NCBI RefSeq assembly: GCF_006345805.1
Contig: NC_042999.1
Span: 36,208,001 to 36,272,000 of the forward strand
DNA from: Octopus sinensis
Taxonomy: Eukaryota
DNA: 64,000 nucleotides
Direction: 5' to 3'
The position numbers and the translations under genes are program-made. Under the pieces are notes generated by a model that did not search any database, was not told the DNA's origin, and was given only the letters and a program-made list of their open reading frames with translations. Positions 26,759 through 40,985 of this stretch are shown here, in pieces (the stretch's first letter is position 1; the number at the start of each line of letters is the position of its first letter).

Positions 26759-26828
26759 CATATTACCCTACCACTGGTATTTGAGTACTCTTTTTTCCAC
26801 CTTGTTTCACATTTATGTGTTTACTCCA

Positions 26829-26863
<35 letters not shown>

Positions 26864-27162
26864 TTGATGTCTGCATGCTTGTTTTGATGTCACCATTTTA
26901 CCAAATTTCATAATGAGGTTCAGGTGCAATTTAGAATAACGCATGCACACACACAAAAAAAAATAATCCCGGATTCAAGGTCCTCTTAGAAGACAGATTC
27001 AAGAAAAGAAATGTTGAAAAACTGATAGTTGTAACAGAGTGGTAAGCACTCCCCACTTTCTCTATGTCTCATGTTAATTCTCCTCTCACCACCACCACCA
27101 CCACCACCATATGAATAAAGAGATTTAAGTACAAAAATTGTATTAGGAGTGTGACAGGTTTC

Positions 27163-27196
<34 letters not shown>

Positions 27197-29210
27197 GAGA
27201 GAGAGAGAGAGACAACAAAAAACAAATGAATGCAAGAGAGAGGGAAATAGTATGAGAACCAAAGAATGTCCATAGTTAGAAACAAGTGTGTGTGCACCAG
27301 GGTTTAATTTTAGGATAGATCTAGTCTACTAAGCTGTCAACTTCTATATTCACATGTATGTATTTTATATCAAAAGATGACAACAAAACCGTGATAATAT
27401 TAAAAGTATATAAAAACAACAAAATTGTAGCAAAAAAAACCCAAAAAAAAACTATCTTCTAAATGCAAAAGAAACTGCTGAATCACCTGAAACATGCACA
27501 TAATAGTCACACATAGAAACATATATCTGTAGTGTTACACACACAAGCACATCGGTGCAAAAAGAAGGTGGAGAAAATAGCAGCTAGTGAAGTCTTTCCA
27601 GCTTAAAAGAAAGAAACAAAAAAAAAAAGAAAGAAACACTATACATCTTATAGTCACACATACAAACACATTTATTTATTGTCTGTGCTATTCTAAAACT
27701 GGGATATAAAGAGAAAATTCATGCACACATACACACATGTATGTATATGCATATATTTATATGAATATATAGTGTATATATGCATATAAATATATATTCA
27801 TATATATATATAAAATATAGAGAGTATATATACATATAAATATATAAATATATAGAGAGTATATATACATATAAATATATACATATATATATATAAAAAT
27901 ATAGAGTATATATATATATATATATACATATAAATATATGCATATGTGTGTGTATATATATATGCATATATCTGTGCATATAAATGTATACATATGTGTG
28001 TGTGTATATATATATATATATATACACACATACACTGACATGTATGTATGTGTGTGTTTGAGAGAGAGATCATTATCTTAGAACCACTACCCAAGCTGGT
28101 ATAAGCTGGACAGGTATAACCAGTCCAAATTGGTTCTCATTTGGAGTTACTGCCCTCTTAGATTGGAAGAAGAAATCTCTTTGGCACATTCTATTTTGAT
28201 AAGGTTTCTACAGCTGGAAGCTCTTCCTAACACAAACCACTTTATACAGAATATACTGACTGCATGGTGCCAGCACTAGAGAGGTTGCTATGTCCTCAAC
28301 AGAACAAGACTAAAGGATCCTTCTCAAAACTACATTTTAACTTCGTCTGCCAGCCCCTTTACAAAGTGTATGAAGTATATTATATTGTGGCACTAGCAAG
28401 CTGTTCCATTGATTGGATCAACTGGAACCCTAGTTGTAATCGATGGATTGCCAGTTATCTATATTAATGCATCCTGTTACATCAGCTGTAGAAACCAAGC
28501 CAAAATAGACTGGACCCTGGTGCAGCTCTCTAGCTTACCAGCCCCAGCCAAACTGTTTTGCCCATATCAGCATGGAAAATAGACATTAAATGATGATGTT
28601 AATAAGCAAAGTAAATACAAATAACAAAAACCAACCAAGTCCAAGGGACATTGACAGTTACTGTTATGAGACTGACACTCAAGCAAGGGAAAAAAAAGTT
28701 ATAAAGTTAAAGCATATTGTTTTGGACCTGATCCTTTGTTGGATACTAAAAAAAAAGCCTAGGGGAGACTGGGGAGAGATGGAAGGGAGGAAAGGAAATA
28801 AAATGACAGGTAGGGAAAATGCATGGGTTATGCTCACATGTTTGACTTCTGACTAACCGGAAGAGTGAGAGATAATTGTGGTTTTAATGGTAAGAAAATG
28901 ATACAGGAGTGTCCACTAGCATGTCTGAGTGTACTTATGTGTAGGGTGCTTGTATGTAGAATGTGCATGTGTGTAGGTGCATGCATGCACATATATATTT
29001 CAAATTTTGGCACAATGCCAGTAATTTCAGGGGGAGGGGGATAAATTGATTACATTGACCCCAGTGTTCAACTGGGATTTATTTTATTGACCCCCAAAAG
29101 GATGAAAGGCAAAGTTGACAATGGTATAATTTGAATTCAGATCATAAAGACAGATGAAATGATGCGAAGCATTTTTGCCCGGCATACTAACAATTCTGCC
29201 AGCTTGCCAC

Positions 29211-29253
<43 letters not shown>

Positions 29254-30063
29254 TCTTTTATTCCTATTCTTTTACTTGTTTCAATCATTTGACTGTGGCC
29301 ATGCTGGAGCACTGCCTTAAAGGGTTTTAGTTGAAGAAATCAATGCCAGAACTTATTCTTTGTAATATTCTTTGTGTGTGTGTGTGTGTATTAGCCCACC
29401 TTTCATCACCATTCTCATGTTAACACATGTTCTGCCATGCTCGCATGGGTGGAGGGGCCTTCACCACTCTGTGGTCACTAATTGAAAGTTTGTTGTCTCT
29501 TTTATTAGATACAATATCTCAGGATCAGTCTCCACCACTTCGCTCTGAGTTTTCTTCAGTCCCCATCTTTCTGCATGTTCATTCCCTACATCTTATACAC
29601 TTTATCTCATTCTTCTTGTAACCAGCTTTTTCTCTCAGCTCATTTGTATTCCATTGGTCATGTACACTAACACTGTACATTTGGCAGAACACATTTACTT
29701 AATTTCTTTCTAGTCTTTGCAAGTTCTCTGCATTCAATGAGGCACTGCACTTTGTACACAATCGCATGCATACATATCCCTGTATCAACCACACTATCAG
29801 ACACTGTTATAAACTGCTGGTCATAATGTGCATCTTCACACTGTTGTAGCTTTCAAACGATGCCAGCCCACTGACCAGATGGGCAGGCCAACATTGCCCC
29901 TGAATGGAACTCATCTATAGCTGAATGGACTGGTGCAAGGTGAAATGAAGTACTTTGCGCAAGAACACAACACACTACTGGTCTAAAAATCAAAACCACG
30001 ATCGCAAAATGCTAAGTGCATCACCTCACCACTAGGCCACATGCTTTGTGTGTGTACATGTGA

Positions 30064-30114
<51 letters not shown>

Positions 30115-30337
30115 TATATAATACACACATATATATATATACACACACTCACACACATATACATACACACACACATATATATATATATATCATCATTTAA
30201 CATCCATTTTCCATGCTGGCATGGGTTGGACACAGCTTGACAGGAACTGGTAAGGCCAGGATCTGCACCAAGTTCCATAATCTGCTTTGAGTTGGTTTCT
30301 ATGGTTGGATGCTCTTCCTAATGCCAACCACTCTTTA

Positions 30338-30400
<63 letters not shown>

Positions 30401-30636
30401 AGAGAGAGAGAGGTAGAAGTTTGAGAAATAGAATTCAGTATTCTAGAGTATGGATATTCTGTTTAGTTATAAAGCAGCAAGTGACTCAACGTCTGAGAGT
30501 TTTGTTCATTGTGAACCATGTGTACATTATGTATTAATGTGTGTGTGAAAGTGCATGTGTGTGTGTATATGTATTACCTCTCTCTCTCTCTCTCTCTCTA
30601 TCTATATATATATATATATATTCACAAATATATGCA

Positions 30637-30677
<41 letters not shown>

Positions 30678-31599
30678 CCATTCACACAAAGCTATACATA
30701 AATACAAATTCACATGTTTACATAGCCACTGTCATAGAGTTATTGACACAAAGACATTAGTTACAGGACAGTAAAAAACATAGCAGTCAAGTCAAACTCT
30801 GTTGGTAGATACAACTGAATGCCAACAAGATCTCTATCAAATTACACAATATCTTGTAACTCTGAAAATTCAAGTACACCACCAACTACATATGGACACG
30901 TGAGCAGCACAGAGTCTAGTTGGTTCCCAAATGTTTTAAATTCAATCCAGTTCAATTCACTCCATTTCATTGCATTTCATTGAATTTCATATCTTGATAT
31001 TTTGTTACTGACACAGCCTTAGAGTTTGTGGCGTTTGTTTTTCAAAGCACTGAATAGCTTCACTAAAGAGACTAGTTGCTAGAAATGATACTAAGAAGTA
31101 CCAATAAAGTCACATACTAATAACTACTAACTGTAGTCTCAGTCTAGACGTCAGTTTGGCTGCTGTGCAGCAGTAATTTCAAACAGCTAGTGCATGTACT
31201 CAGCACCTCAATCAAAGGAAAGAGTAAACCCATAGTACATTATTATACTGCTGTCTGTCTATCGAGTGAAGTCTGCTCCAGGGTAGTACTGGTGATATGG
31301 TAGGGTCTAGGGAGGTAACGGTTGCAGACAAATAACCTTTCACATCCATAAATGCATCTATTTGAGTAGGAAATTAAATTATATACACACATTATACACC
31401 ATGTGTAAGATAGGATAAACATCTATATATAGGTAATAAATACAGACACGCATATATATATACCAACATGCACCTTAAGAGAGACAAATATATATATAAA
31501 TATAACTACATATATACATATACTTATTATATACAACACACACATGTATATGCACATGCACACACAAATATACACATATATAATTCTTGCTATTATTAT

Positions 31600-32370
31600 C
31601 ATTATTAGTTGAGTGTTGAACTGGCAGAATGATTAGAGCATTGCATGAGTTCAAATTCCAGATCTAAACTTTGTCTTTCATCCTTTCAGGGCTGTTAAAA
31701 TAAAGTACCAGTCACCTACTGAAGTGAAGAGTTTGATTACATTACCCTTTCATTACTGATGGCCTTGTGCCTAAATTAGAAACAAATATTACTCTAATGA
31801 ACTAATAGAATAGTTAGAGCTGGAATAGAATGCCTTGTGGTATTTTTTCTGACTTTTTACATTCTGAGTTCAAATCCCACTTGGTTCAACTTTGCTTTTA
31901 TCAGTGATAGATTGGCATGCCTCTTTCATCCATATTTCTGGTCTTGTATCTAAGTTAAAAATCATAATTATTCCAGTTATTAAGGCAGTATCATTAAAAT
32001 GTTGGACAACATGCTTGGTGTTATTTGTTCCAGATCTTTATATTCTGAGTTCAAATCCTGCATTTCCTCTCTCCAGCTTTGATAAAATTAAGTGCCAGTG
32101 GGGCAATGTAATCAACTAACACTATCCCCTCAAAATTGCTGGAATTATACCCAGTTATTTTTATAAGGTGGGCAGAATCCTTAGTGCTTTGGACAAAATG
32201 CTTAGCACATTTCTTTCCGGCTCTTTACATTCAAATTCTGCCAAGGTTAACTTTCATTCTCTCAGGATCAATAGAAGAAAGCACGGGTGAAACACTGGAG
32301 TTGATGTAATCAACTAGCTCCCTAAACCCAAATTTCAGGCCTTGTACCTACAGTAGAAAGAACTATATTA
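31600..32370 (+). mobile_element. Tandem cluster of about five decayed SINE copies
   Basis: Repeated gagttcaaat(t/c)c...tttg(c/t)ctttcatc...aagtaccag units; CpGs mostly converted to TG/CA. Confidence 0.75.
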
Positions 32371-33583
32371 TGGTAAGCATTCTGGTAAGCCATGCTTAGC
32401 TTCAGCTCCAGAAAATTTATAAATAAACTGATGTTTCACCCTGAAATTCACTGTTTCTTGTTGATTTTTGAATGATGGTGGAGAGTAAGTGATCCACTAA
32501 CTGCTTATGAGTTCCTTTTGATATAAAGTTTCCATTTCTTGGGAGACTTTCCAATATAATCTTTGCATCAAATGGAAAACTGTTTTCCTTTCAATTTTTC
32601 ATCATAGATTCAAAATAATCTTCAAGGGAAGAAGGTACATCAATGAATGAAGAGGAGAGAGAAAAGAGAGTAACATTGATATTATGAGGGAGCAGGAGAG
32701 AAAAACGGTAAGCAGTGTTGCTGTTGAAAGAAGTGAATCTGTATGGTTTGATCGCGAAGCAGACAATGGAATCAACAACATGGACAATATTGACAAATTT
32801 CCATCTTTATCAACAAGCCACATCCCAAAATTTAGACCTTTACAACCATCAACCTAATCACTTCATGCACCACCATTGACACCATTCGCTTTGGCCTCTG
32901 GAAACACTACCATGACCACCACCAAAAACAACAACGGCACACAACAACTCCAGCAGCATGAGCTGCAGAAAAATAAACAACCACGATAACACCAACAACA
33001 ACAGTAGCAGGGGTGATAAGCAGTGCAAACCAAGGATGAGTTATTCCACAACAACTACCTTCATAAGCAGGACATGTTGGGCATGCAGATAAGTGTCCTT
33101 TGAGTTCAACAATTCAGGGAATCAACTACACCCACAACCTACAGATCCACTTTTTATTCCTGGTATGAACTTGGTGGATACAGAAAGCTTATCGTGATGT
33201 GGAGAATATGAATCCATCACAAAAGACATGATTGAAGGGGGACAATAGGGAGACAACACTTGAATTAGTGGTGAGGGTGACTGGCTTTGTGGAGTTTCCA
33301 TGAGTAGCCTTTAGAAGCCCCTATCTTTGGGGGAATTATTACTGAAATTTATGTAGCTTATTCTTTTCTTTATGTACTCTTTCTTATAATCCCACATTGG
33401 GGATAGTATAGAACAATAGTTCTATACTATCCCTAATGTTTTCATGAACCCTTAGTGGTTAATAAGGACATTAATATTTATTTATTTAGCAACACACTAT
33501 TACAGATAAAGAGATTCTCCTGTGTCATTTTTTGAAGATCAGTGGTATCACAGTTCTATATATTTAAAAGATGAGGAATTATG

Positions 33584-33738
33584 TACATTATTTACATTTG
33601 ACAGATATTTGTCCTCATTTTGTTTGTTGTTAACACAACGTTTCGGCTGATATACTCTTCAGCTGGAGGGTATATCAGCCGAAACGTGTTAACAACAAAC
33701 AAGATGAGGACAAATATCCGTCAAATGTAAATAATGTA
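33584..33738. repeat. Zero-spacer palindrome made from the 3' part of the hammerhead-bearing element at 63.8 kb
   Basis: 79 and 76 bp arms centred on AG|CT (33662/33663), with 4 mismatches and a 3 nt indel; near-identical to 63781-63852. Confidence 0.95.
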
Positions 33739-34229
33739 TCAGTGGTATCCATCAACATGTGATCAATTAGATCGTTTTCTTTACGAGGAAGGAAAGTTGA
33801 TTATATTCACCCGAGTGCTTCACAGGTACTTATTTGTTGAACCTTAGACATTTGAAAACACAGCAATTGGAACTCAGAACAACCAAGGTCATAACTGAAT
33901 ACTACAGAAATGCTTTTTGTCTGATGTTCTAATAGTTCTGCCACTCTATTGCTCAATATTTACTCATTCATTCATGCATGCATGCATACATAAATTACAT
34001 GCTTTTTTATATATTGGTAAGACAGCTTTTCCTTTGATATATTGCATTAAAAAACATGACTAGTCTATTTTTAACGTTTTTCTTTCTTTTTTATCAAGGT
34101 TACATCATAATTGCATGTATGTTCCTCAGAATTTGTTTGGAACAGTAAAGTTCTTAAATCCATCACCAACATTTCTAAATTTTCATAGTCTCTACTTCAA
34201 ATGTTGGCGCCTCTTTATAGTCGGCAGGG

Positions 34230-35100
34230 CCAATGTGATTAGTATAGAAATTATCACCAGAATTAAATTTTTGTTTTTGCAAGTGTTAGATTTTCTATAT
34301 CACCAGTTAGGTGTTTCTTTTCATTCTTGATTTTTGTATATGGTCTGTGTGTTTATGGAAGCACTGTGATATATATCATGGCCATTGTTAATCATCTAAA
34401 TTTGAAGGAAATTCTGTAAAGTATAAACATGTAGCCTCCTGTTTTCCTGTCTACTTTCATCTTGTGTAGAGTCATGCATTGCAGGTGCTTCTTGCTTTCA
34501 GTGCATAGTGAGCTGGCAGAAAGTGACTTATGTGTATGGGCAATATAACAGTTGTAGTCATGAAGTTAATAACTTTTCCATTTACAATCAAATTTATAAA
34601 TGACATTGGTCACTAACAACTTGCCTCCTGGTTTGTTATTGATAAGGTTAACAATTGTAGTGCTTTTTGCAGTATATTTTAGCACTAATTTCTGATTTGA
34701 AATAATGCATTTTGTTCTGCTTCAAGAGGTCTTTGATCAGGTCTTCTTTCATTTGTTGCATAGTGTGTATTTGATTCATATAGAACATTTTATATATGGT
34801 TTCTGTATTTTTAACAGATGTGGTTTACGTGTTTTTCTGTATAATATTAATAGGTGTGGTTCATGTATGGTTTGTCTATTTTTAAAACAAATTTGCATTT
34901 TTCACAACACTCATAAGGTTCATGGAACCAACAGATGATGATTTAGAATTTGCATTAACATTATATTTCAAAGAAAATAGACCGAGATTGTCTTTAGCTT
35001 TGCTTATTTTCAAAAGAGTTTGCATATCAAACACCACATTCTTCCCAATTTCTTGCCAACAAAACACTGGCCTATAACTTTCTTATAAGTTCTGGTTTCT
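34230..35100 (-). mobile_element. Penelope-like element remnant (GIY-YIG endonuclease region)
   Basis: TNVIYKFDCK...CYIAHTHKSLS then, after a frameshift, (Q)LTMH, and later ASINTQ; matches the Penelope NVVY.F.C...YIG.T..LS.RLT.H...P.IN.Q pattern. Heavily disrupted. Confidence 0.55.
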
Positions 35101-36728
35101 TGTTCACAGAGAGGGCTACATGCCTCTTTCATTACATTATTATTCTCTTTTGAAATCATGATGTAAAACACAAGACTAAATGAAGTCTAATCAGTTAAAC
35201 ATCTGCAAAAATTGTAGAATAATACAACACGGATACTTGAAAACAGAGGTGGAAGTCAATACTAGTAATATCTCGTTTCACACACAAGAAGTCAATACCA
35301 GTAATATCTCTCTTCACTAACAAGCTTAAATGAGTATATTTGTATAGTAAAGATGGAACTGGAGGATTCAGTGTCTAACAATGATCTCGTGAGAATCACA
35401 CAAATATACATGGATTATAACAATACACTGATACAAATATATGTCTCAATACATATAAATACATATAAGTAAAAAATGGTTGTCACTTTGGTTGAATAGA
35501 GAAGGATTCAAGTTATTTAATCAACAGAATTACCTCTGCATTATATTATAATGGTAATGACATGAGCAGACATTTGTAACCCTAGCATAATCTTCAGGTA
35601 AACTTAGTAACACAAAAGTACAGCTACAATCTATTCATAAGACTTTCAAGCAGCTTCAATGTTCCTTGTTTCACACATAAGGCTGAGGTAAATACAAGTT
35701 TGCTGTTCAAAGCAAAGTGCATTACTGGACTGAATCTAGAAACTACAAATTCACAGCAGACCTTTAAACCAATCCATCATGCTGACATCATCAATTAATG
35801 TCCATGTTCCATACTGGTATGGGTTGGATGGTTTGACAGGATCAGATGAGTGCAAGGGTAGCATTGTGCTCCATAGTCTGCTTTGGCATGGTTTCTATAG
35901 CTGGATGTCCTTCCACATGCCCACCACTTTACAGTATGGACTGAGTGCATTTTAGGTACCACTAGCACTATTGAGGTCACCATGCAGCTCACAAGATTAT
36001 GAAACCCCAAAGTGGAGGGTACTGCTTAATGAAAGATAAGGGTTAAAGCGTGAGAGAAAGGAGTGGGACAGAGCAGGTGGTTGTTGTAGGAGCTATATGT
36101 CTACTCACAATTATGAGAGTGAGAAAGAAACAGTAAGAGCTGCAATGAGATAATTAGTGAATGATAAACATACATGCTGCACAAGCATTTATGTATTACA
36201 TACACTATTTATTGTGGGAATTGTAAAGTTCAAGGTCTCACAGTAACCAAAAGCTTCACCCAAGAGGGAATATGAGTTGATGGTGCATAAAGAAAATAGA
36301 GAGATTTTTGCAGAATTTAAGGATAGTGTAGGTGGACTGAGGAAAATTTTTTTTTTTTTCTGAGAGAAGGGGAATGTTGGTTTCATTATTTTTAGCTTAT
36401 TTAGTTTCTTTATGTAATTTTCCACCAGCTTTTAAATATTTATGTATGCTGTTTGGATGTGCATACATGTATGTGTGTTTGTGTATCAGGGTGTATATGA
36501 GTGTAAATATGTATGAGGCTACTTGTGTGTTCAAGGGTGGAGTTGGTGGATGATTAATTGAATCAACTTTGAAATTTTTTTTTATTTTTATCATTGATAG
36601 TAGTTAGATTTCAGATCTCAGAAATAACAAGGAGTGGATAACAGATGATGGCCAGGAAGAGTAAGTGTGTGAGTGTAATATGTATAAGTGTGCTCTTCAT
36701 TCACTTGGCTGCACATGTTTCTCTGTAT

Positions 36729-36777
<49 letters not shown>

Positions 36778-37687
36778 ATATATACTATTATTGTCATTTA
36801 ACATCCCTTTTTTCCATACTGGCATGGGTTGGATGGTTCAACAAGAACAAATGACCTAGAGGGCTCTGCCAGGGTCTTTGCTTTGGCATGACTTCTACAG
36901 CTGGATGCCCTTCCTAGCACCAATCAGTTTACAGTGTGTGCTGGGTGCTTTTTACATGCCACCATCACAGGTGAGGTCACCAAGTGCCCTCAAGATAAGA
37001 CTCCTCAACTGAATAGGGTAGAGACTGGAGAAAGAAACCATGATAGAGGAAGAGGTGCATATATGGCTTGCCCACCAGAAAAGTGAGAAAGAGTGAGAGA
37101 AGAAAGAGGTGTGAGGTCCAGGTACAATGTGAATATGAGACAGAACAGGGAGTGCACTGAATGAAAATAGTAGGACGTGATTAGAGATAAAGGAATGAGT
37201 TCAACAAAAAAATATCAGTTCAGTGTAGAAGGAAGAGAAGAAAGTAGATGAGTTGTGGAGGAAGGCTTGACAGAGCCTCAATACCACACACACAGACAAC
37301 ACACATTTTGTTCGTATTTGTGTATGCAATTAAAGACCAAAAACGTTAACAAGCTGAATAGTGTGTGTACACATTTGTGTGTGTGTGTGCTCACTTCTCT
37401 GACCACACCATTTTCAAATTCAATATTACAAATATACCTCTGACTACATGATACTACAGCAAACAATGGTTTGTGCAAATATCACAATCCCATGAATCTT
37501 GTACATGCACAAACCTGCCAATGTTGTAGGCAATGTGCAAATGTATTAATGTCCATATGCAACAATGCAGTACAAGTGGAAGACAATATAAAGCTGCTGT
37601 CAATAAAAAGGAATTTGGGAGAATTGGAAGAAGGTGAAGAATATGGAATACACGAATAACAACATGAAAAAATTTACAGCTTTTTAA

Positions 37688-37902
37688 TCCTTTTCATAGC
37701 AACCAGCTTAAAACTGGCCATGGTTATATAAACTTCCAGCTATGAAATTATCTGAATTAAAACCTTCCACCAAAATCCCATGTTAATTTGTTCCAAACAC
37801 CAAACCTATATGGACAATGTTATTTTACTAAATTTTTCATTATTTCCAAAATTAATTGAAATACAGGCAGTGTATTTCAATAGAAATATGGTAATGAAAG
37901 GG
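37688..37902. mobile_element. TTAA-flanked MITE, family B
   Basis: TTAA ends and aaaggg terminus; homologous to 62481-62697 and, more decayed, ~8030-8220. Confidence 0.72.
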
Positions 37903-38406
37903 TTAAAGGATTTACTGCACTTCATTATCAATCAAGAAATTGTTCTTTTGCAAACATCAATTAATCTCACAAGCAATATCCTGTTCTGGCATGGCTCCCT
38001 TTAGATTACGATTCTTATTTGGAAAATTTTTCACAAGCAAAATAAAATGATGACAACTGCAATTGCTGTGATCTTCCAAATCATTGTCAACAAAGAAAGA
38101 TAAATCCAGCTAAAAATTGACAGAGTTGCAGACTTGGTTTCCTTCAACGTTATCTTGGATAACATTCACTTTCTGACAAGAACAATAATGAAATTCATTA
38201 CACTGATATATTTTTATCCAATTTGCTGCTATTGTTATTTAGACTCAGATCAAATTTGATCAAGTATCTCAGCTATAACCCACCTATTATTATTTAGGGG
38301 TATGTAGCACTACCTCATCTAATATACCTATCTTTTATTTAAGATGGAAGGGTGTGATTTACAGGATATATGGTTGCTCTTTCCAACAGATTAGAGCACC
38401 ATTTAA

Positions 38407-38621
38407 TCCTTCAGTATTTAAACTGGCCATATCCAGTTCAAATAATCTACATGTTTTTTGTTCACACCAGTCATATCCAGTCTCTCACGCCTATCCTACA
38501 ATGTCCGTCTAAAAATAACAATCACATCATCAAGCTCGCAAAACTGCAAGATAATGCATGATTAATTCAATGCTATTTGAATAAACATTATGTTTGACAG
38601 AGTAATCTAAATGTGAAAGGG
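38407..38621. mobile_element. TTAA-flanked MITE, family A
   Basis: TTAA|tccttc...aaaggg|TTAA with internal homology to 20911-21124. Confidence 0.7.
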
Positions 38622-40950
38622 TTAAATGATTCTTTATTGACCCAGCCAACCAACAATGCATTACTGTGATAACAACTGTGGGATAAAGGTTTTATTATTG
38701 ACTACAGATATCAATTCAATCAATGGATATGTTTGAATGTCTTATAAGGAAAGCCAGATAATTTTGCATGCTCCCATCTACATGAATAACAACTTACACT
38801 TAGTTTGCAGTTGAAAGGTAAGCTGGAGAAAACTTTTGTTTGGTCATTTATTTCTACCTTTTCCATATAAACATGGGTTGGATGGAGTCTAGATATGATA
38901 TTGTCACAAACCTTTAGCTGTTTTTTAAATGAGGGATTTTTTTCTACAGGTTTTTGAAAACATAGACAAGCTGGTCATAATGTGAACATGGAACATAAAT
39001 TTCCTATTGCTTAGAAAGTGTCAAGTAAAGTTGTGGCATATTAACATTCACACACAACAGACTGCCTATAATCTCTTTGTGACACATTCACTCATAAGAC
39101 ATCTAACAATAAAACAATTGTTCTGTTCAGCAAAAACCCACCCCTAGTAATAGAAGAAAAAGAAAAGATTTTTTAACCAAGAAGAAAGGCAATCTCAATG
39201 ACTCTTTACAGGATTCTTTGAGATTAATGTAAGGAAGAGAAGAGGGTATTCTGAAACCAGAGACATGACCTAAATGCTTACAACTAAGTGTACTCTGCTA
39301 AAAGAGTCCAAGGAGTAAGATGGTGGTGTCAAACTGAATGATAGATCATACCTACCTACCAACCAAGGATATTGTGGAATTTGAACTTAAAACAGAAAGC
39401 GTTAGAACAAATATCACAAAGAATCAGTCTAACATTCTCACAGTTTTCTCAGTCTATCACTTTCAAAATATGGAAAGAGAAACGATAACAACAAAGTCTT
39501 GTTCGCCCAGGTTAACGTTCTAGAGCAGATTTATGGTCAAAGGCTTTCCAAGTGTCTTATTTTGAGAAATTGCATATCTGAGAATAGCTTATCCAGTGAT
39601 CTTACGTATTATGTATATATAATAGGCAGACAGCAAAAGGGGAGGAAAACAATTGCAGTAAACCAGTCTTCATTTCGTAAAAAAAAAACGCCCAAACTTT
39701 ATGTCTCTGAAAACTCTTGCTACGCAAACTCTTGAAAGTTGTGAAGAGATTGTCTTAAAATCCATGCATGCCCTTTCCATTTTGTCATTTTGTTCGCATG
39801 TAACGCTATGCCGTTTGGGATCCACAAAATGTGGACTATGGTTTTATCGTGTAATATTTAGTCAAGCAGTTGTATTGTTTCGCTTTGTTGTACCATTATA
39901 TGTACAAATAACGAAAGATCGTTGATTTTTTTTTTTTTATCTAATGTATCCTTCCGTTTTTTTTTTTTTTAATGACTAGTATAGTTTTGAGGGAGTTGTG
40001 GCTGTTATTTCTAACTGCAAAGTGAACCACGTTTTAAGACTCTCCCAACTGGCTCGAAAACTAAATAAGGTTGGGTGGGCAGAATGTGCTTTTGTCGAAG
40101 TATTAACTTCTCACTGTATAAAGAGTTGTCTTCATGCTCCAACAAATGTTTAAAAAGTTGCTAAACTACAAAAACAGCTTGCCGTGTAATTTACTAGCAA
40201 AAAAGAAAAAAAAAAAAAGCAACATCAACAGAACGGAGAGCAATCCAATTCTATAGTTCGAAACGTCTATTAGTTTCTGCTAGAAATAGTAAGGAGGGAG
40301 CCCCTCTAAGTAGTTGTTCAACGTGCTAGAAATAGCAGTCAAGGCAATGGATAACGTGTTCCTGGATACACTTTTACTGAGGAAACGACAGAATGGTTAC
40401 GGTAGAAATACATTTGATCAAAGGACTACTGCTCGATCAGGATTGATCTGGGCTCAACAAAAAACAATGACATTTTCCGAAATAAGGGTCTGCGGGGGTT
40501 TCACGTCCTACTGGAAATAGCAGTTATATCTCTTATATATCACACACTTCCGATTTAAAGATATGGTCATAACACAATTGTTAATGTAGTTCTAGATATA
40601 CTATGCCTAAATTTTTTTTTTAAAGACGGGATGGTCATGATTAGAGAGGCTTTGATTATGATCAAAGTTATCCAGACGAATAATCACTGTGAAAGTGAGA
40701 AAAACTACAAATATTCATTATTTTAATTTAATTAATGGAGAGTAGGGGGTGAGTAAAAGGCAAGGTGGAGTATAACGGACTTTTTTGTTTCTTAATAAAG
40801 CATTGCCTTTGATTTATATAAATAAACCTGCAATCGCATTCATAAACACCAATCCCACCTACACATTCATACAAGCATGTATACGCACGTACACACACAT
40901 ACACACACACACACGCACACATACACACACACGCACACACACACACATAC

Positions 40951-40985
40951 CCGTTCTTTAAACTCTTGGAGATAGAAGCCGCCAT
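40951..40985 (-). CDS. Candidate first coding exon of an unidentified host gene (MAASISKSLKN-G, phase 2)
   Basis: ATG GCG GCT TCT ATC TCC AAG AGT TTA AAG AAC GG followed by donor GTATGT. Unique CpG-containing island between microsatellites; ATGGCGGC (YY1-like) and upstream CCGGAA (ETS-like); lies at the CpG-domain boundary. Confidence 0.55.

Noticed and set aside
27540-27601. GKTSLAA (P-loop-like) after a strong minus-strand acceptor
   Set aside because: The rest of the frame has no NTPase character and runs into repeats.
32600-33420. Possible gag or LTR fragment (weak GHVGHADKCP knuckle)
   Set aside because: Multiple stops, no complete CCHC, no paired LTR or PBS seen.
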